DNA of 64,000 nt. Origin: an uncultured Candidatus Rokubacteria bacterium. Its GTDB lineage: Bacteria; Methylomirabilota; Methylomirabilia; Rokubacteriales; CSP1-6. Of this stretch, positions 10,412 through 23,648 are shown in pieces (the first letter of the stretch is position 1; each line of letters begins with the position of its first letter). The stretch spans positions 64,001 through 128,000 of the forward strand of contig CAVWFS010000015.1 of assembly GCA_963754315.1 (NCBI GenBank), in the 5' to 3' direction. Position numbers and translations under genes: made by a program. The notes below the pieces were generated by a model. The model was not told where the DNA came from. It saw only the letters and a program-made list of their open reading frames with translations, and searched no databases.

Positions 10412-11225
10412 TCAATGGGCCGCCAAAAACTCGAGCAGAAGACCGTTGAACAGCAGGGGCTGATCGTAGGGCGTGGCGTGGCCGGAGTCGGGCACGATGC
10501 GTACCTGCGCGTGGGGGATGCGCACGGCGCAACAACTCGAGCGAGGCACGGGGCACGGTGGTATCGCGCTCGCCCGCCACGAGCAAGGTCGGGCAGCGGA
10601 TCTCGCCCAGGCGATGGCGGATGTCGAAGCGGGTGAGGGCCTGTACGGCCGCCCAGTAGGCCCGCTTGTCGTTGCGCCCCAGGCTTGCTGCCGCCGCTGC
10701 GCGGAGGTCGGCCTGCGCGGGCTGGGGAAACAGATTGCGCGCGATGCGCGCCGCGATGACGGGCATGGGCGCCACGGTGAGCAGGACCAGTCGCTCCAGC
10801 ATTCGCCAGGCGCCGCGCCAGCCGGCGGGGCGAAGGCGAGCAAAGGCGTTGACGAGGGTGAGCGAGCGCACGCGCGTGGGAGCGCCGAGCGCCAGGGCAA
10901 GGGCCACGCAGCCCCCCAGGGAGAGCCCGACCACATGGACGGGACCGTCCCCCAGGCTGTTCAGGAGGCCGTCCACTTCCTCGGCCATCGCCTCCACCGA
11001 TAGCCGCCCGTGGCCAGGCACTGCCCCCGACAGAATCGAGCGGCCGTGGGCGCGAAGGTCAGGAGTGATGACAGCGTAGCGGTCGGAAAAGGCCGCCACC
11101 TGCCACCTCCAGTCGGCCGAGGACGAGCCAAGGCCATGCAGGAGAAGCAGGGGCGGCGCGCCGGGCGGGCCGTGGCGCTCGTGGTAGAGATCATGTCCAC
11201 GCGCGAGGAGTTCCCCCGGAGTCAC
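10412..11225 (-). CDS. Alpha/beta hydrolase (enol-lactonase-like), frameshifted near 10521
   Basis: LLLHGLGSS, GLSLGG nucleophile elbow, GERD; the C-terminal SGHATPYDQP is in another frame. Confidence 0.8.
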
Positions 11226-11301
11226 AGGTCCGCTATGATACGCCCTCGCGATGCACGGAAACGAGCCGACGATGCCGCGTGACGTGGCCACCTTCTGAGG
11301 C

Positions 11302-11802
11302 ATGGCCAGGCAACCGCTGCGCATCCGACGAGGGACCGTCCGCGACGTGCCTACGATCGTGAATCTCATCAGGGGACTCGCGGAGTACGAACGGCTGGGC
11401 CACGAGGCCCTGGCCACCCCGGCCGCCTTGCGTCGACACGGCTTCGGGCGGCGGCCATATTTCGAGACGCTCATCTGCGTACGGGGACGCACACCCATCG
11501 GCTTCGCCCTCTACTTCTTCACGTACTCGACCTTCATGGCCCGGCCGTCGCTCTATCTCGAGGACTTGTTCGTCCTGCCCGAGGAGCGAGGTGGGGGCGC
11601 CGGACGGGCCTTGCTGCGAACCCTGGCCACGATCGCCGTCCGTCGAGGTTGCGGGCGCATGGAGTGGACCGTGCTCGACTGGAACTCGCCCGCCATCGCC
11701 TTCTACGAGAGTCTGGGCGCCCAGTTCAAGCGCGAGTGGATCCTCACCCGGCTCACAGGCGACCCCCTGCAACGCCTCGCGCGGGGTCGGGAGACGGACT
11801 AA
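11302..11802 (+). CDS. GNAT N-acetyltransferase (diamine acetyltransferase-like)
   Basis: LAEYE, LYLEDLFV, RGGGAGRALL, EWTVLDWN, FYESLGA. Confidence 0.9.
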   Translation: MARQPLRIRRGTVRDVPTIVNLIRGLAEYERLGHEALATPAALRRHGFGRRPYFETLICVRGRTPIGFALYFFTYSTFMARPSLYLEDLFVLPEERGGGAGRALLRTLATIAVRRGCGRMEWTVLDWNSPAIAFYESLGAQFKREWILTRLTGDPLQRLARGRETD

Positions 11803-11803
11803 T

Positions 11804-13234
11804 ATGGCGGCCATGTCGGGCGCGCGTGTGGACACCCTGGTGGTAGGGGGCCAGATCGTCGGGGCGGCGGAGGTCTTCAGCACAGCCATCGCCATCCGCG
11901 GAGACAAGATCGTGGCACTCGGCCCGGAGAGTCTGCTTCCCGCCGCCGACCGTGTCATCGACGCTACCGGCAAGTACGTGTTGCCCGGCCTCATCGACTG
12001 CCACCTGCACATCGGCCCCGAGTACGACGACTGGCAGACGGCAGCCAAGGCGGCCGCTCTCACGGGGCTGACCACCCTCCTGCCCTTCGTCGTCTACAAC
12101 GATCAGGCGGGAGAAACCCTCCCCCACGCCGTGTGGCGGCTGCGAGAAGAAGCCTCCGCGGCGGCCGTGCTGGACTTCGGCTTTCACTTCATCCTCAACC
12201 ACCAGCCGTACATCCTGGATGGCATCCCGGAGGCCGTCCGGATGGGCGTGACGTCGTTCAAGATGTTCATGACCTACAAGAAGCGGCCGCACCGCATGGT
12301 CAGCGATGAGTTCATGGCCAAGGCCATGGAGATCATCGGCAGCCTCGGCGCCCTGTGCCAGCTGCATTGCGAGAACGGCGACGTGCTGTGTTACCTCGAA
12401 GACCGCGCCATCGCGGCTGGCCACACCCATCCGCGTGACTTTCCTCCCACGTGTCCCGACTGGACCGAAGAGGAGGCCATCAATCGCGCCATCCTCGTTG
12501 GCGGCCTCACCCGTTGTCCCCTCTACGTGGTCCACCTCAGCACGAAGCTGGGGCTGGAGCGGATCAAGCGGGCTCAGCTCGAGGGGCAACGCGTATGGAC
12601 CGAGACGTGTCCTCAATACCTCCTGTTGAGCGACGAAGCGATGGAGCGCTTCGGCCCCTTCGCCAAGATCGGCCCTCCGCTGCGACCAGAGCACGGCCCC
12701 GATCGTGAAGCCCTCTGGCGCGGGAGTGAAGAGGGGTTCATCGCCACCGTGGCCAGCGATCACTCGCCGCGGGTGCCGAGCGCCAAGGAACCGGGGTGGA
12801 AAAACATCTTCGTCGACGCCGAAGGCAAACCGATCCCCTTCGGAGGACCCTCCCTGGAAACCCTTGTCCCTCTCATGTATAGCGAGGGGGTGGTGAAGCG
12901 CGGGCTGCCCATCACCTGGCTGGCGCGCGTGATGGCCGAGAATCCGGCGCGGATCTTCGGGCTCTACCCACGCAAGGGCACCATCCGGGTCGGTGCCGAC
13001 GCGGACCTCACCATCTGGGATCCCGAGGGCGAAACGACGATCCAGGCGGCTCGGCATCTCGGCATCGCGGGGTTCACGCCATACGAAGGGTGGACGGTGC
13101 AAGGCCGACCCTGGATGACGTTGCTGCGCGGGCAGACCTTGCTGAGCGAGGGACGCCTCCGGCAAGAGCCGGGTTACGGCCGCTACCTGTCGCGGACCTC
13201 GCCGAGGCCGCCGGTAGCCGGCGCCGTTCGCTGA
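11804..13234 (+). CDS. Cyclic amidohydrolase (dihydropyrimidinase/hydantoinase family)
   Basis: PGLIDCHLH, GVTSFKMFM, LHCEN, VVHLS, ASDHSP, KGTIRVGADAD. Confidence 0.88.
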   Translation: MAAMSGARVDTLVVGGQIVGAAEVFSTAIAIRGDKIVALGPESLLPAADRVIDATGKYVLPGLIDCHLHIGPEYDDWQTAAKAAALTGLTTLLPFVVYNDQAGETLPHAVWRLREEASAAAVLDFGFHFILNHQPYILDGIPEAVRMGVTSFKMFMTYKKRPHRMVSDEFMAKAMEIIGSLGALCQLHCENGDVLCYLEDRAIAAGHTHPRDFPPTCPDWTEEEAINRAILVGGLTRCPLYVVHLSTKLGLERIKRAQLEGQRVWTETCPQYLLLSDEAMERFGPFAKIGPPLRPEHGPDREALWRGSEEGFIATVASDHSPRVPSAKEPGWKNIFVDAEGKPIPFGGPSLETLVPLMYSEGVVKRGLPITWLARVMAENPARIFGLYPRKGTIRVGADADLTIWDPEGETTIQAARHLGIAGFTPYEGWTVQGRPWMTLLRGQTLLSEGRLRQEPGYGRYLSRTSPRPPVAGAVR

Positions 13235-13276
13235 AGCCCCAGTTCCCGAAAACGCACGGGATGACCAGGAGGAGCC

Positions 13277-16093
13277 GTGGAGGACAGGGAATTCCACACC
13301 AGATCGTTCGACGAGGTATCCAGAGAACTCGGGTCGAACCTCGAGCGGGGGCTGAGTCAGGGGGAAGCTCAGGAACGGTTGCGGAGGTTTGGCGCCAATG
13401 AGCTGACGGAGCGCCCGCGGCCGGGCTTCCTCGCCCTGCTCTGGGATCAATTCAACAACTATCTGGTCATCTTGCTGATCGCGGCGGCGGTCGTCGCCCT
13501 TCTGCTCGGGGAGTACGTCGACTCCATCGCCATCATGTGCATCGTCGTGCTCAACGCGGTCATCGGGGTCATTCAGGAATCGAAGGCGGAACAGGCCCTG
13601 ACCGCGCTCAAGAAGATGGCGGCCCCCAACGCCCAGGTCATCCGCGACGGCCACCAGCTCACCATTCCCGCCCGGGAACTGGTGCCAGGCGATGTCGTCC
13701 TCCTGGAGGCCGGTAACTACGTGCCGGCCGACATGCGCCTGGTGTCGAGCGTGAATCTAAAAATCGAAGAGGCGTCGCTCACGGGGGAATCGGTACCAGT
13801 GGAGAAGGACGCTCGGCTGGTGCTCGAGCGCGAGATCCCGCTGGGCGATCGTCGCAACTTCGCCTTCCTGAGCACCTTGATCACCTACGGGCGCGGCAAG
13901 GGACTGGTGACGGGCACCGGCATGAACACCCAGCTCGGGCTCATCGCCGAGATGATCCAGTCGTACGAGGAAGAGGATACGCCGCTGCAGCAGAAGCTGG
14001 AGCACCTTGGCAAGGTGCTGGGGACGATCTGCATCGGTATCTGCGCGGTCGTCTTCGTCTATGGGCTCCTGCGCGACACCCACCTCACGGACGTCTTCAA
14101 GACCGGGCTGCTCAACTACCTGGCTGCCGAACAGAAGGACATCATCCATCTCTTCATGGTGGCGGTGAGCCTCGCCATCGCCGCCGTCCCCGAAGGGCTT
14201 CCGGCCATCGTGACCATCTGCCTGGCCCTGGGCATGCAGCAGATGATCAAACGAAACGCCCTCATTCGGAAGCTCCCCGCCGTGGAAACGCTCGGCTGCG
14301 CCACGGTGGTGTGTTCCGACAAGACGGGCACACTGACCCAGAACGAGATGACCGTCGTGCAGGGATGGGCCGGAGGCAAGCGCCTCCGGATCACCGGCGA
14401 AGGCTATAGTCCGCACGGGCAGTTCCTGCTGGGCGGTCAGCCCTTCGATCCCCGTATGGACCCGGACACAACGGTACTGCTGCACGGGGGACTCCTCTGC
14501 AACGACGCGAAACTGGAGGAACGCGGCGATGCCGCCGGCGCCCACTCCTGGCACATGGTGGGAGATCCCACCGAAGGGGCCATGGTGGTGGCGGCCGCCA
14601 AGAGCGGATTCCGGCGAGACGACATGGAGCGGGCCCTTCCCCGAGTGCAGGAAATCCCCTTCGATTCGGATCGAAAGCGGATGACCACCATCCATCGCGG
14701 TGATGGCGCCGGCAACGGGCCGCCCGACTCGTCCTTCACCTACCCGCACCTGGTGGCCTTCGTCAAGGGTGCGCCCGACATCATTCTGGACCTGTGCCAC
14801 CGCATCCAGCGTGGCGGGCAGGCCGTCCCCCTCACGGAGGAGCATCGCCGGGAGGTGCTGGAACAGAACCATGACATGGCCAGCAGCGCGCTGCGGGTCT
14901 TGGGGGTCGCCTATCGGTCGCTGCCGGCAGTCCCGGACCGCGTACAACCCGAAGACATCGAGACCGACCTCACCTTCGTCGGCCTGCTCGGCATGATCGA
15001 CCCGCCCCGGCCGGAGGTGGTCGAGGCCGTTCGCGTGGCGCGGGGAGCCGGACTCAAGAGCGTCATGGTGACCGGCGATTACAAGGAAACCGCCGAGGCC
15101 ATCGCCCGCGAGATCGGCTTGCGGACCCCGGACGGAGTGGTGCTGACCGGCCCCGAGATCGAGAGGCTGAGCGACGCAGACCTGGCTGCCCGCGCCGACA
15201 AGCTGGACGTGTGCTGCCGGGTCTCGCCCCAGCACAAGACCAGGATCGTCGAGGCCCTGAAGGCGCGCGACCACGTGGTCGCCATGACGGGCGACGGCGT
15301 GAACGACGCGCCCGCCCTGAAGCGCGCAAACATCGGGGTGGCCATGGGCATCACGGGGACGGACGTCACCAAGCAGACGGCCGACATGGTCCTCACCGAC
15401 GACAATTTCGCGAGCATCGTGGCCGCCATCGAGCAGGGGCGGATCATCTACTCCAACATCCGCAAGTTCGTCTATTTCCTGCTCGCCTGCAATGCCGGGG
15501 AGGTCCTCATCATCTTCGGGGCCATGCTGGCCGGGCTTCCCATTCCCCTGCGACCGGTCCAGCTCCTGTGGCTGAACCTCGTGAGTGACGGGGCGCCCGC
15601 CCTCGCTCTCGGCATGGAGCGGGGCGATCCCGATATCATGCGGCATCCGCCGCGCCCCCCGAAGGAACCGGTCATCAATCGCGACATGGCCATCGGCATC
15701 AGCGTGGTCGCGATCGTCGACGCCATCGCCATCCTGTCCGTGTTCTGGATCGGCTTGCAGCGTTACCCCGGCCACCTCGAGGCCGCCCAGACCTTGGCCT
15801 TCGTCACCCTGTGCACCTCCGAGCTGATCCGGGCCTTCGCCGCGCGCTCCGAATACCACAGCGTGCTCTCCATCGGCCTCTTCTCGAACCGGTGGATGAT
15901 CTGGGCGGTAGGCTTTTCGTTTGCGCTGGTTCTCCTCGTCGTCTACGTGCCGTTCCTGCAGCCGTTCTTCGACACGGTGCCGCTCAGCCTGAATGACTGG
16001 CTCTTCATGCTTCCCTTCTTCTTCGCGTCGCCCGTCGCCATGGAGCTGGTCAAGGTCTACTTCCGCCGCCGGGCCGTCCCGGTCCCGGCCTAG
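13277..16093 (+). CDS. Cation-transporting P-type ATPase (type IIA, Ca2+-ATPase-like)
   Basis: LTGES, PEGL, DKTGTLT, KGAP, MVTGD, GDGVNDAPAL; AGGAGG RBS. Confidence 0.95.
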   Translation: MEDREFHTRSFDEVSRELGSNLERGLSQGEAQERLRRFGANELTERPRPGFLALLWDQFNNYLVILLIAAAVVALLLGEYVDSIAIMCIVVLNAVIGVIQESKAEQALTALKKMAAPNAQVIRDGHQLTIPARELVPGDVVLLEAGNYVPADMRLVSSVNLKIEEASLTGESVPVEKDARLVLEREIPLGDRRNFAFLSTLITYGRGKGLVTGTGMNTQLGLIAEMIQSYEEEDTPLQQKLEHLGKVLGTICIGICAVVFVYGLLRDTHLTDVFKTGLLNYLAAEQKDIIHLFMVAVSLAIAAVPEGLPAIVTICLALGMQQMIKRNALIRKLPAVETLGCATVVCSDKTGTLTQNEMTVVQGWAGGKRLRITGEGYSPHGQFLLGGQPFDPRMDPDTTVLLHGGLLCNDAKLEERGDAAGAHSWHMVGDPTEGAMVVAAAKSGFRRDDMERALPRVQEIPFDSDRKRMTTIHRGDGAGNGPPDSSFTYPHLVAFVKGAPDIILDLCHRIQRGGQAVPLTEEHRREVLEQNHDMASSALRVLGVAYRSLPAVPDRVQPEDIETDLTFVGLLGMIDPPRPEVVEAVRVARGAGLKSVMVTGDYKETAEAIAREIGLRTPDGVVLTGPEIERLSDADLAARADKLDVCCRVSPQHKTRIVEALKARDHVVAMTGDGVNDAPALKRANIGVAMGITGTDVTKQTADMVLTDDNFASIVAAIEQGRIIYSNIRKFVYFLLACNAGEVLIIFGAMLAGLPIPLRPVQLLWLNLVSDGAPALALGMERGDPDIMRHPPRPPKEPVINRDMAIGISVVAIVDAIAILSVFWIGLQRYPGHLEAAQTLAFVTLCTSELIRAFAARSEYHSVLSIGLFSNRWMIWAVGFSFALVLLVVYVPFLQPFFDTVPLSLNDWLFMLPFFFASPVAMELVKVYFRRRAVPVPA

Positions 16094-16197
16094 ATCGATG
16101 GAGATTTCACGCTCTGGTGACATCCAAACGTGGCCGGTAAACGTATGATGGGCAGCGGGTAGATCGCACCCGACCCTCGACTCGAGGAGGCAATAGC

Positions 16198-16992
16198 ATG
16201 AAGGGCACTGTGCGGCAGCTGGCGCTCGTTCCGGTCCTCGGCCTCACCCTCTCGGTGCTCGTGGTGCCAAGTGGCGCCGGCCCCGACAAAGTCAAGTACC
16301 CGGCCGCCTGGAAGGACCACGTGCTCTACACGATCGTGGATCGCCATGACGTCAAGCAGTATCGGGAGCTCTACGCCAGCTCTCAGGCCGCGGTGGACGC
16401 CATGAAGGCGGGCACGCCCCTACCGGACGGCACCGTGCTGACCCTCGTTCAGTACAAGGCCCAGGTGGACGGAGCGGGAATGCCCGTGAAGGGTCCTGAC
16501 GGGCGTTTCGTCAAGGGTGACCAGATCGCGGTGGCCGTCATGGAGAAGCGCGCCGGCTTCGGGACGGAATATCCACCGGAGTTGCGCAACGGCGACTGGG
16601 AATACGCCGCATTCAACCCAGCCGGCGTGCTGAACGAAAAGGCCAACTACAAAGGCTGCTTCGAGTGCCACAAGCCCCACGAGAAACAGGACTTCGTCAT
16701 CTCGCTGGCCGCGCTCAGGGGGATGGCCGGCCCCACCACCGCCCCCAAGCCTGACGTCACCATCGCGGCCTTCGCCTTCGGGCCGAACAAGGTGGCCGGG
16801 ACGGTTGGCCAGCCGGTCACCTGGGTGAACAATGACGATTCGCCCCATCAGATCACCATCGTCAGCACCAAGGAGCGCTCGCCGATCCTGACCAAGGGGC
16901 AGAGCGCCGTGATGGCCTTCACGAGCCCCGGCACGTTCGAGTACATCTGCGGCCTGCATCCGACGATGAAGGGTACGGTGGACGTGAAGTAG
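16198..16992 (+). CDS. Secreted cytochrome P460/c'-beta-family domain fused to a C-terminal cupredoxin
   Basis: Signal peptide; PDGTV, VAVMEK, GDWEYAAF and CFECH heme motif; then VTWVNND.SPH and YICGLHPTMKG type-1 Cu ligands. Confidence 0.8.
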   Translation: MKGTVRQLALVPVLGLTLSVLVVPSGAGPDKVKYPAAWKDHVLYTIVDRHDVKQYRELYASSQAAVDAMKAGTPLPDGTVLTLVQYKAQVDGAGMPVKGPDGRFVKGDQIAVAVMEKRAGFGTEYPPELRNGDWEYAAFNPAGVLNEKANYKGCFECHKPHEKQDFVISLAALRGMAGPTTAPKPDVTIAAFAFGPNKVAGTVGQPVTWVNNDDSPHQITIVSTKERSPILTKGQSAVMAFTSPGTFEYICGLHPTMKGTVDVK

Positions 16993-17040
16993 CGGCCGGG
17001 CCTCGGACGACGCGAGGGCGGAAGGCGTATACTTCAGGCT

Positions 17041-17451
17041 ATGGCGGGTTGGCAATTCGTCGCTCTGGTCGTGGCCGTCCTGGGTGCGGGGTGCACGGCC
17101 ACGGCCGCCCAGCAACAGCAGCAGCTCGGCTCGGCAGCGGCACGCGAGATGACGCTCGGCATCGTCCAGAAGCAAATCCGGGCCGGGCTCATGCAGGACG
17201 AGGTCGTCACCGCCCTCGGCTCACCGAACATCGTCACGCGCGACGCGGCCGGCCGCGAAACGTGGGTGTACGACAAGGTGGCCACCGAGGCCACCTTCTC
17301 CCGTAGCGACGCCTACGGGACTATCCTCCTTCTCGGGACCAGCAGCGCGGCGGGGGCGGCCAGCCAGAGCCAGCGCACCTTGACGGTGGTCATCAAGTTT
17401 GGCGCTAACCAGCAGGTCGAAACGTTCTCCTATCACGCCAGCCGCTTCTGA
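17041..17451 (+). CDS. Lipoprotein, SmpA/OmlA(BamE)-like
   Basis: Lipobox LGAGC; GLMQDEVVTALGSPN..ETWVY pattern. Confidence 0.65.
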   Translation: MAGWQFVALVVAVLGAGCTATAAQQQQQLGSAAAREMTLGIVQKQIRAGLMQDEVVTALGSPNIVTRDAAGRETWVYDKVATEATFSRSDAYGTILLLGTSSAAGAASQSQRTLTVVIKFGANQQVETFSYHASRF

Positions 17452-17460
17452 GGGGCGTCC

Positions 17461-17988
17461 ATGCGGACGGCTCGTCGCCTCTTCCCTCTCCTCGTAGCGG
17501 CCACCCTCGGCGCCGGCTGCGGGGCGGGCATCCAGCCCGCGCGGACGCAGCTCGAGGTACGCGAGTTTCAGACCTACACGTTCGATACCTCGGACAGCAA
17601 GCTCATCATGAAAGGCCTGTTCAACGTCCTCCAGGACGACGGCTACGTGGTGCGCAACGCGGTCATCGAGCTCGGGCTGATCACGGCCACCAAGGAGATC
17701 GACCTGGCCCCGGGTCGCTCGGGGCAGACCGTGCTCGCCGTGGGCGGCGGTGTCATTCTCCGGGGCGCCCGCGAGATACCCATTCCCGAGAAGCTCGAGG
17801 TGCGCGATTTCACCGGCAACGTGACCGAGTTCGGCGAGCGCACGAAGGTCCGTGTCAGCTTCCAGAAGAAGGTGCTCGACAGCCGCGGTCAGCCTGTCGA
17901 GGTCACCGCCATCAACGATCCCGTCTTCTACCAGGACTTCTTCTCGCGTCTGGACAAGAGCGTCTATCTGCAGCGGGAACGTCTCTAG
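17461..17988 (+). CDS. Hypothetical lipoprotein
   Basis: Lipobox LGAGC; 9 nt downstream of the previous lipoprotein gene. Confidence 0.7.
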   Translation: MRTARRLFPLLVAATLGAGCGAGIQPARTQLEVREFQTYTFDTSDSKLIMKGLFNVLQDDGYVVRNAVIELGLITATKEIDLAPGRSGQTVLAVGGGVILRGAREIPIPEKLEVRDFTGNVTEFGERTKVRVSFQKKVLDSRGQPVEVTAINDPVFYQDFFSRLDKSVYLQRERL

Positions 17989-17999
17989 GGGGGACGCGG

Positions 18000-18370
18000 T
18001 CACTCGACGGTCGGGCCGGCCTTGCGACTAGTCACCTCGTAGACCCTCATCGGCTGGGCCTTACCCCGCAGTGACGTCTGGGGCATGAGCCGACACTCGA
18101 ACTCGCCACCAACCTCGGCGTAGGTCGCCTCCGTGATGAGAACGGTGGTGCCGAGCTCCTTGTTGAGCGATTCCACCCGGGCACACGTGTTCACGCCGTC
18201 GCCGATGACCGTGTATTCCAGCCGCCGGCGGGAGCCAATGCCACCGCCACCATCAGAACGAGCAAGAAGCCGTGGCGGACCCGGCCGAACAGACGCGCCC
18301 GCACGATCGCGATGAAGCAGACAATGCCAAGCCCGACCGCGAGGAACATCGCGACGTGGGAGTGCCCCAT
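18000..18370 (-). pseudogene. Remnant of a class III adenylate/guanylate cyclase
   Basis: Only the C-terminal part is present (GSRRRLEYTVIGDGVNTCARVESLNK..LRGK), preceded out of frame by a hydrophobic fragment MGHSHVAMFLAVGLGIVCFIAIV; the N-terminal catalytic half is missing. Confidence 0.65.
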
Positions 18371-18461
18371 GGGCGCCCCGAGTAGACACCACCTGCCAGC
18401 GCCCGTGCAACTCGCGGCTTGGGGACGCCCTTCAGCGTTCTCGGCGACAATGTGCTAGACA

Positions 18462-18979
18462 ATGGCGTCGGAGGAGCCCATGCGCCTGCCTACCACGGCA
18501 CCGACGGTCGAGCATGAAATCGACGGCAGCACCATCGAATACTTCGAGGTCGCGGTGGAGGGAAATCGGGTCGAGCGGCTGATGGTGGAGCTGCTCACGG
18601 AACACTGGGCCCAGCTGACCGTCGGCCCGCTCATCCAGGGCGCCGTGTTCGAGATTCGCTTTCCCCACGCGCCGCGGCTTTCGATGCTCGACGGCTACTT
18701 GACGGTCGATCTCGGGCCCTGGCACTTCCACCTGTGCGTGAACGACCATCGTGAGACGACCCCGCAGGCGGCCCTCATCCGACGGGTCGGCCGAGCCGCT
18801 TTCTTCCGGACGCAGGGCGGTGGCCACACCCCCATGACGTGGGGGCTACGCCTCTGGAACGGACGCGGCGAGCAGATGGTCACCGTCCTCTTTCCGAGCC
18901 CTTACTACAACGAGCGGTTCGAGCGGCTGGCTCACCCGGACTGGGACAAGCTCCAGCTCTGGGAGGCGCTACGCACCCG

Positions 18980-18989
<10 letters not shown>
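18462..18989 (+). CDS. Hypothetical protein (WHFHLC motif)
   Basis: Globular-looking 175 aa ORF with GC3-rich codons; family not recognised. Confidence 0.7.
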
Positions 18990-21663
<2,674 letters not shown>

Positions 21664-21667
<4 letters not shown>

Positions 21668-23185
21668 GCGGGGTTCCACCACGCTCGGCCCTCGCGCTGG
21701 AGAAGGGCATCGGCGGCCGCGCGGACCATAGGAGCCGGCCGCATAGTTGGGAAAGTCGCGGGGCGGGATCGTCTGCCATACGTCGAGCATGGGCGTGGCG
21801 ATCCGCCACGCGGCCTCCACCATATCGGCGCGATGGAACAGCGTGCCGTCGCCGATCATGCTGTCGTAGAGCAGCCGCTCGTAGCCCGTCGCCGCGCTCG
21901 TCTCCCCGAAATCCCTGTAGTTGAAGGCAAGCTTGACCGTGGTGAGCTTGACCACCGGACCAGGCGCCTTGGCCTTCACCAGGAACTCGATGCCCTCGTC
22001 GGGCTGGATCTGGATCAGGAGCCGGTTCGGATCGATGGTGTCGACGGTGGCCCCCTCGAAGAGGAGCAGGGGCGGGCGCCGGAACTGAATCATGATCTCC
22101 GTGTCGCGGCGAGCGAGCCGCTTGCCTGAGCGGAGATAGAACGGCACGCCGGCCCATCGCCAGTTCTCCACCAGTAGCTTGACAGCCGCGTACGTCTCTG
22201 TGTTGGAGGTGGGGGAGACCTTGGGCTCGTTGCGATAGGCCCGAGCGCGCTCACCATCGACCTCACCCTCGCCATACTGGCCGCGCACGGTGTCTCGCAA
22301 GACCTGCTCGGGGCTCATGGGCCGGATGGACTTGAGGACCTTGACCTTCTCGTCGCGGACGGCGTCCGCCTCGAAGGAGGCGGGCGGCTCCATGGCCACC
22401 AGGGCGAGGAGCTGGAACATATGATTCTGGATCATGTCCCGCAGCACACCCGCCGTGTCGTAGTAGTTCCCCCGATCCTCCGCCCCGACCGTCTCCGCCA
22501 CCTTGATCTGGACGTGGTCGATGTATCGGCGGTTCCAGATGGGCTCGAAGAGGCCATTGGCGAAGCGAAAGACCATGATGTTCTGCACGGTCTCCTTGCC
22601 GAGGTAATGATCGATGCGATAGATCTGGTCCTCCCTCAACACACTTGCGATCTCGGAATTGAGGGCGCGTGCGGAGTCGAGGTCGCGCCCGAACGGCTTC
22701 TCGATGATCACCCGTCGCCACACGCCGGGATCTTCGCGCACCAGACCCGCGGCGCCGAGGTGGCGCACGACCTCGCCGAAGAAGCTCGGCGGCACTGCCA
22801 AGTAGAAGAGAACGTTGCCGCCCGTGCCGTGGGTTCGTGCCACCTCGGTCAGCAAGGTGGCCAGCTGCCGGTACGTCTCGGGGTCGGTGAACTCGCCCGC
22901 CTGGTAGTACAAGGCATCACGCAATTCCTTCCACAGCGCGTCGTCCACGCGCACGGTGGCGAAGTCACGGATATCCTGGGACTGTTCCTCGCGAAACTGC
23001 TCATGGCTCTTTGGCTTGCGGGTGACCCCCACCACGGCCAGCTGATGAGGCAAGAGACCGTTGGCTTTGAGGTTGTAGAGAGCCGGCATCAATTTCCGCT
23101 TGGTGAGGTCGCCGGCCGCGCCGAAGATGACGATCGTACAGGGGCGGGCCGGTCTGAGGAGCCCGGACATCGTGTTCTCGGTCAT
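21664..23185 (-). CDS. zwf: Glucose-6-phosphate 1-dehydrogenase, frameshifted near 21721
   Basis: [26 protein letters not shown]; the expected end [23 protein letters not shown] is recovered by removing one base. Confidence 0.92.
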
Positions 23186-23349
23186 GGTGCTCGTCCTCCC
23201 TCCCGGAGCGTACCGGAAATCGATCTCAAGCGTCTGACCACCGGTGCATCGTGTCGGTTGCCTCGCATGCGGGCAGGACGGGGTGACAGGTACGCCAGAC
23301 AGACACGCCGCTCGGGTGATCGATGCACGGTGGGAGAACGGAAGGACAC

Positions 23350-23395
23350 GCAGCCGACGACACGCGGGGGGGAGAATCCACGCGCCGCCGGCTGC
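23350..23395 (-). terminator. Long GC hairpin downstream of a small ORF (terminator or stabiliser candidate)
   Basis: About 18 bp stem with G-U pairs on the minus strand, gcagccggcggcgcgtgg / ccgcgtgtcgtcggctgc; no clear U-tract. Confidence 0.4.
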
Positions 23396-23406
23396 GCCGG
23401 GGCGGG

Positions 23407-23559
23407 TTACTTCGCGGCGCTCTGGTTAGGGCGCCGTTGGCGGCCGCCCCCGAAGTAGTCGATATATCGATCGATCAGCCGGGGTTGATTCTCGAGAAGC
23501 AACGACAGGTACAGTATGGAGTCGACGATGCGTCGCCGGGTGGCTATCTGGGTTGTCAT
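23407..23559 (-). CDS. Small 50 aa protein not in the ORF track
   Basis: [50 protein letters not shown], with GGAGG RBS upstream and a hairpin downstream. Confidence 0.55.
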   Translation of the reverse strand: MTTQIATRRRIVDSILYLSLLLENQPRLIDRYIDYFGGGRQRRPNQSAAK

Positions 23560-23648
23560 GACCTACCCCTCCCGTTAGCCCTTAGACTCCCGGGGACCCA
23601 TCCCCATTCACACGTCTCGGAGGGCACTTCCTCGTCGTGCTCCGCGGG

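Noticed and set aside
13757..16123. Long antisense ORFs (also 11753-13654, 39523-41598, 53481-55877)
   Set aside because: Shadow frames of well-supported genes in GC-rich DNA, with no recognisable motifs
16198..16992. Marker of hydroxylamine oxidation or nitrification
   Set aside because: The cross-link Lys appears absent and there is no amo or hao context
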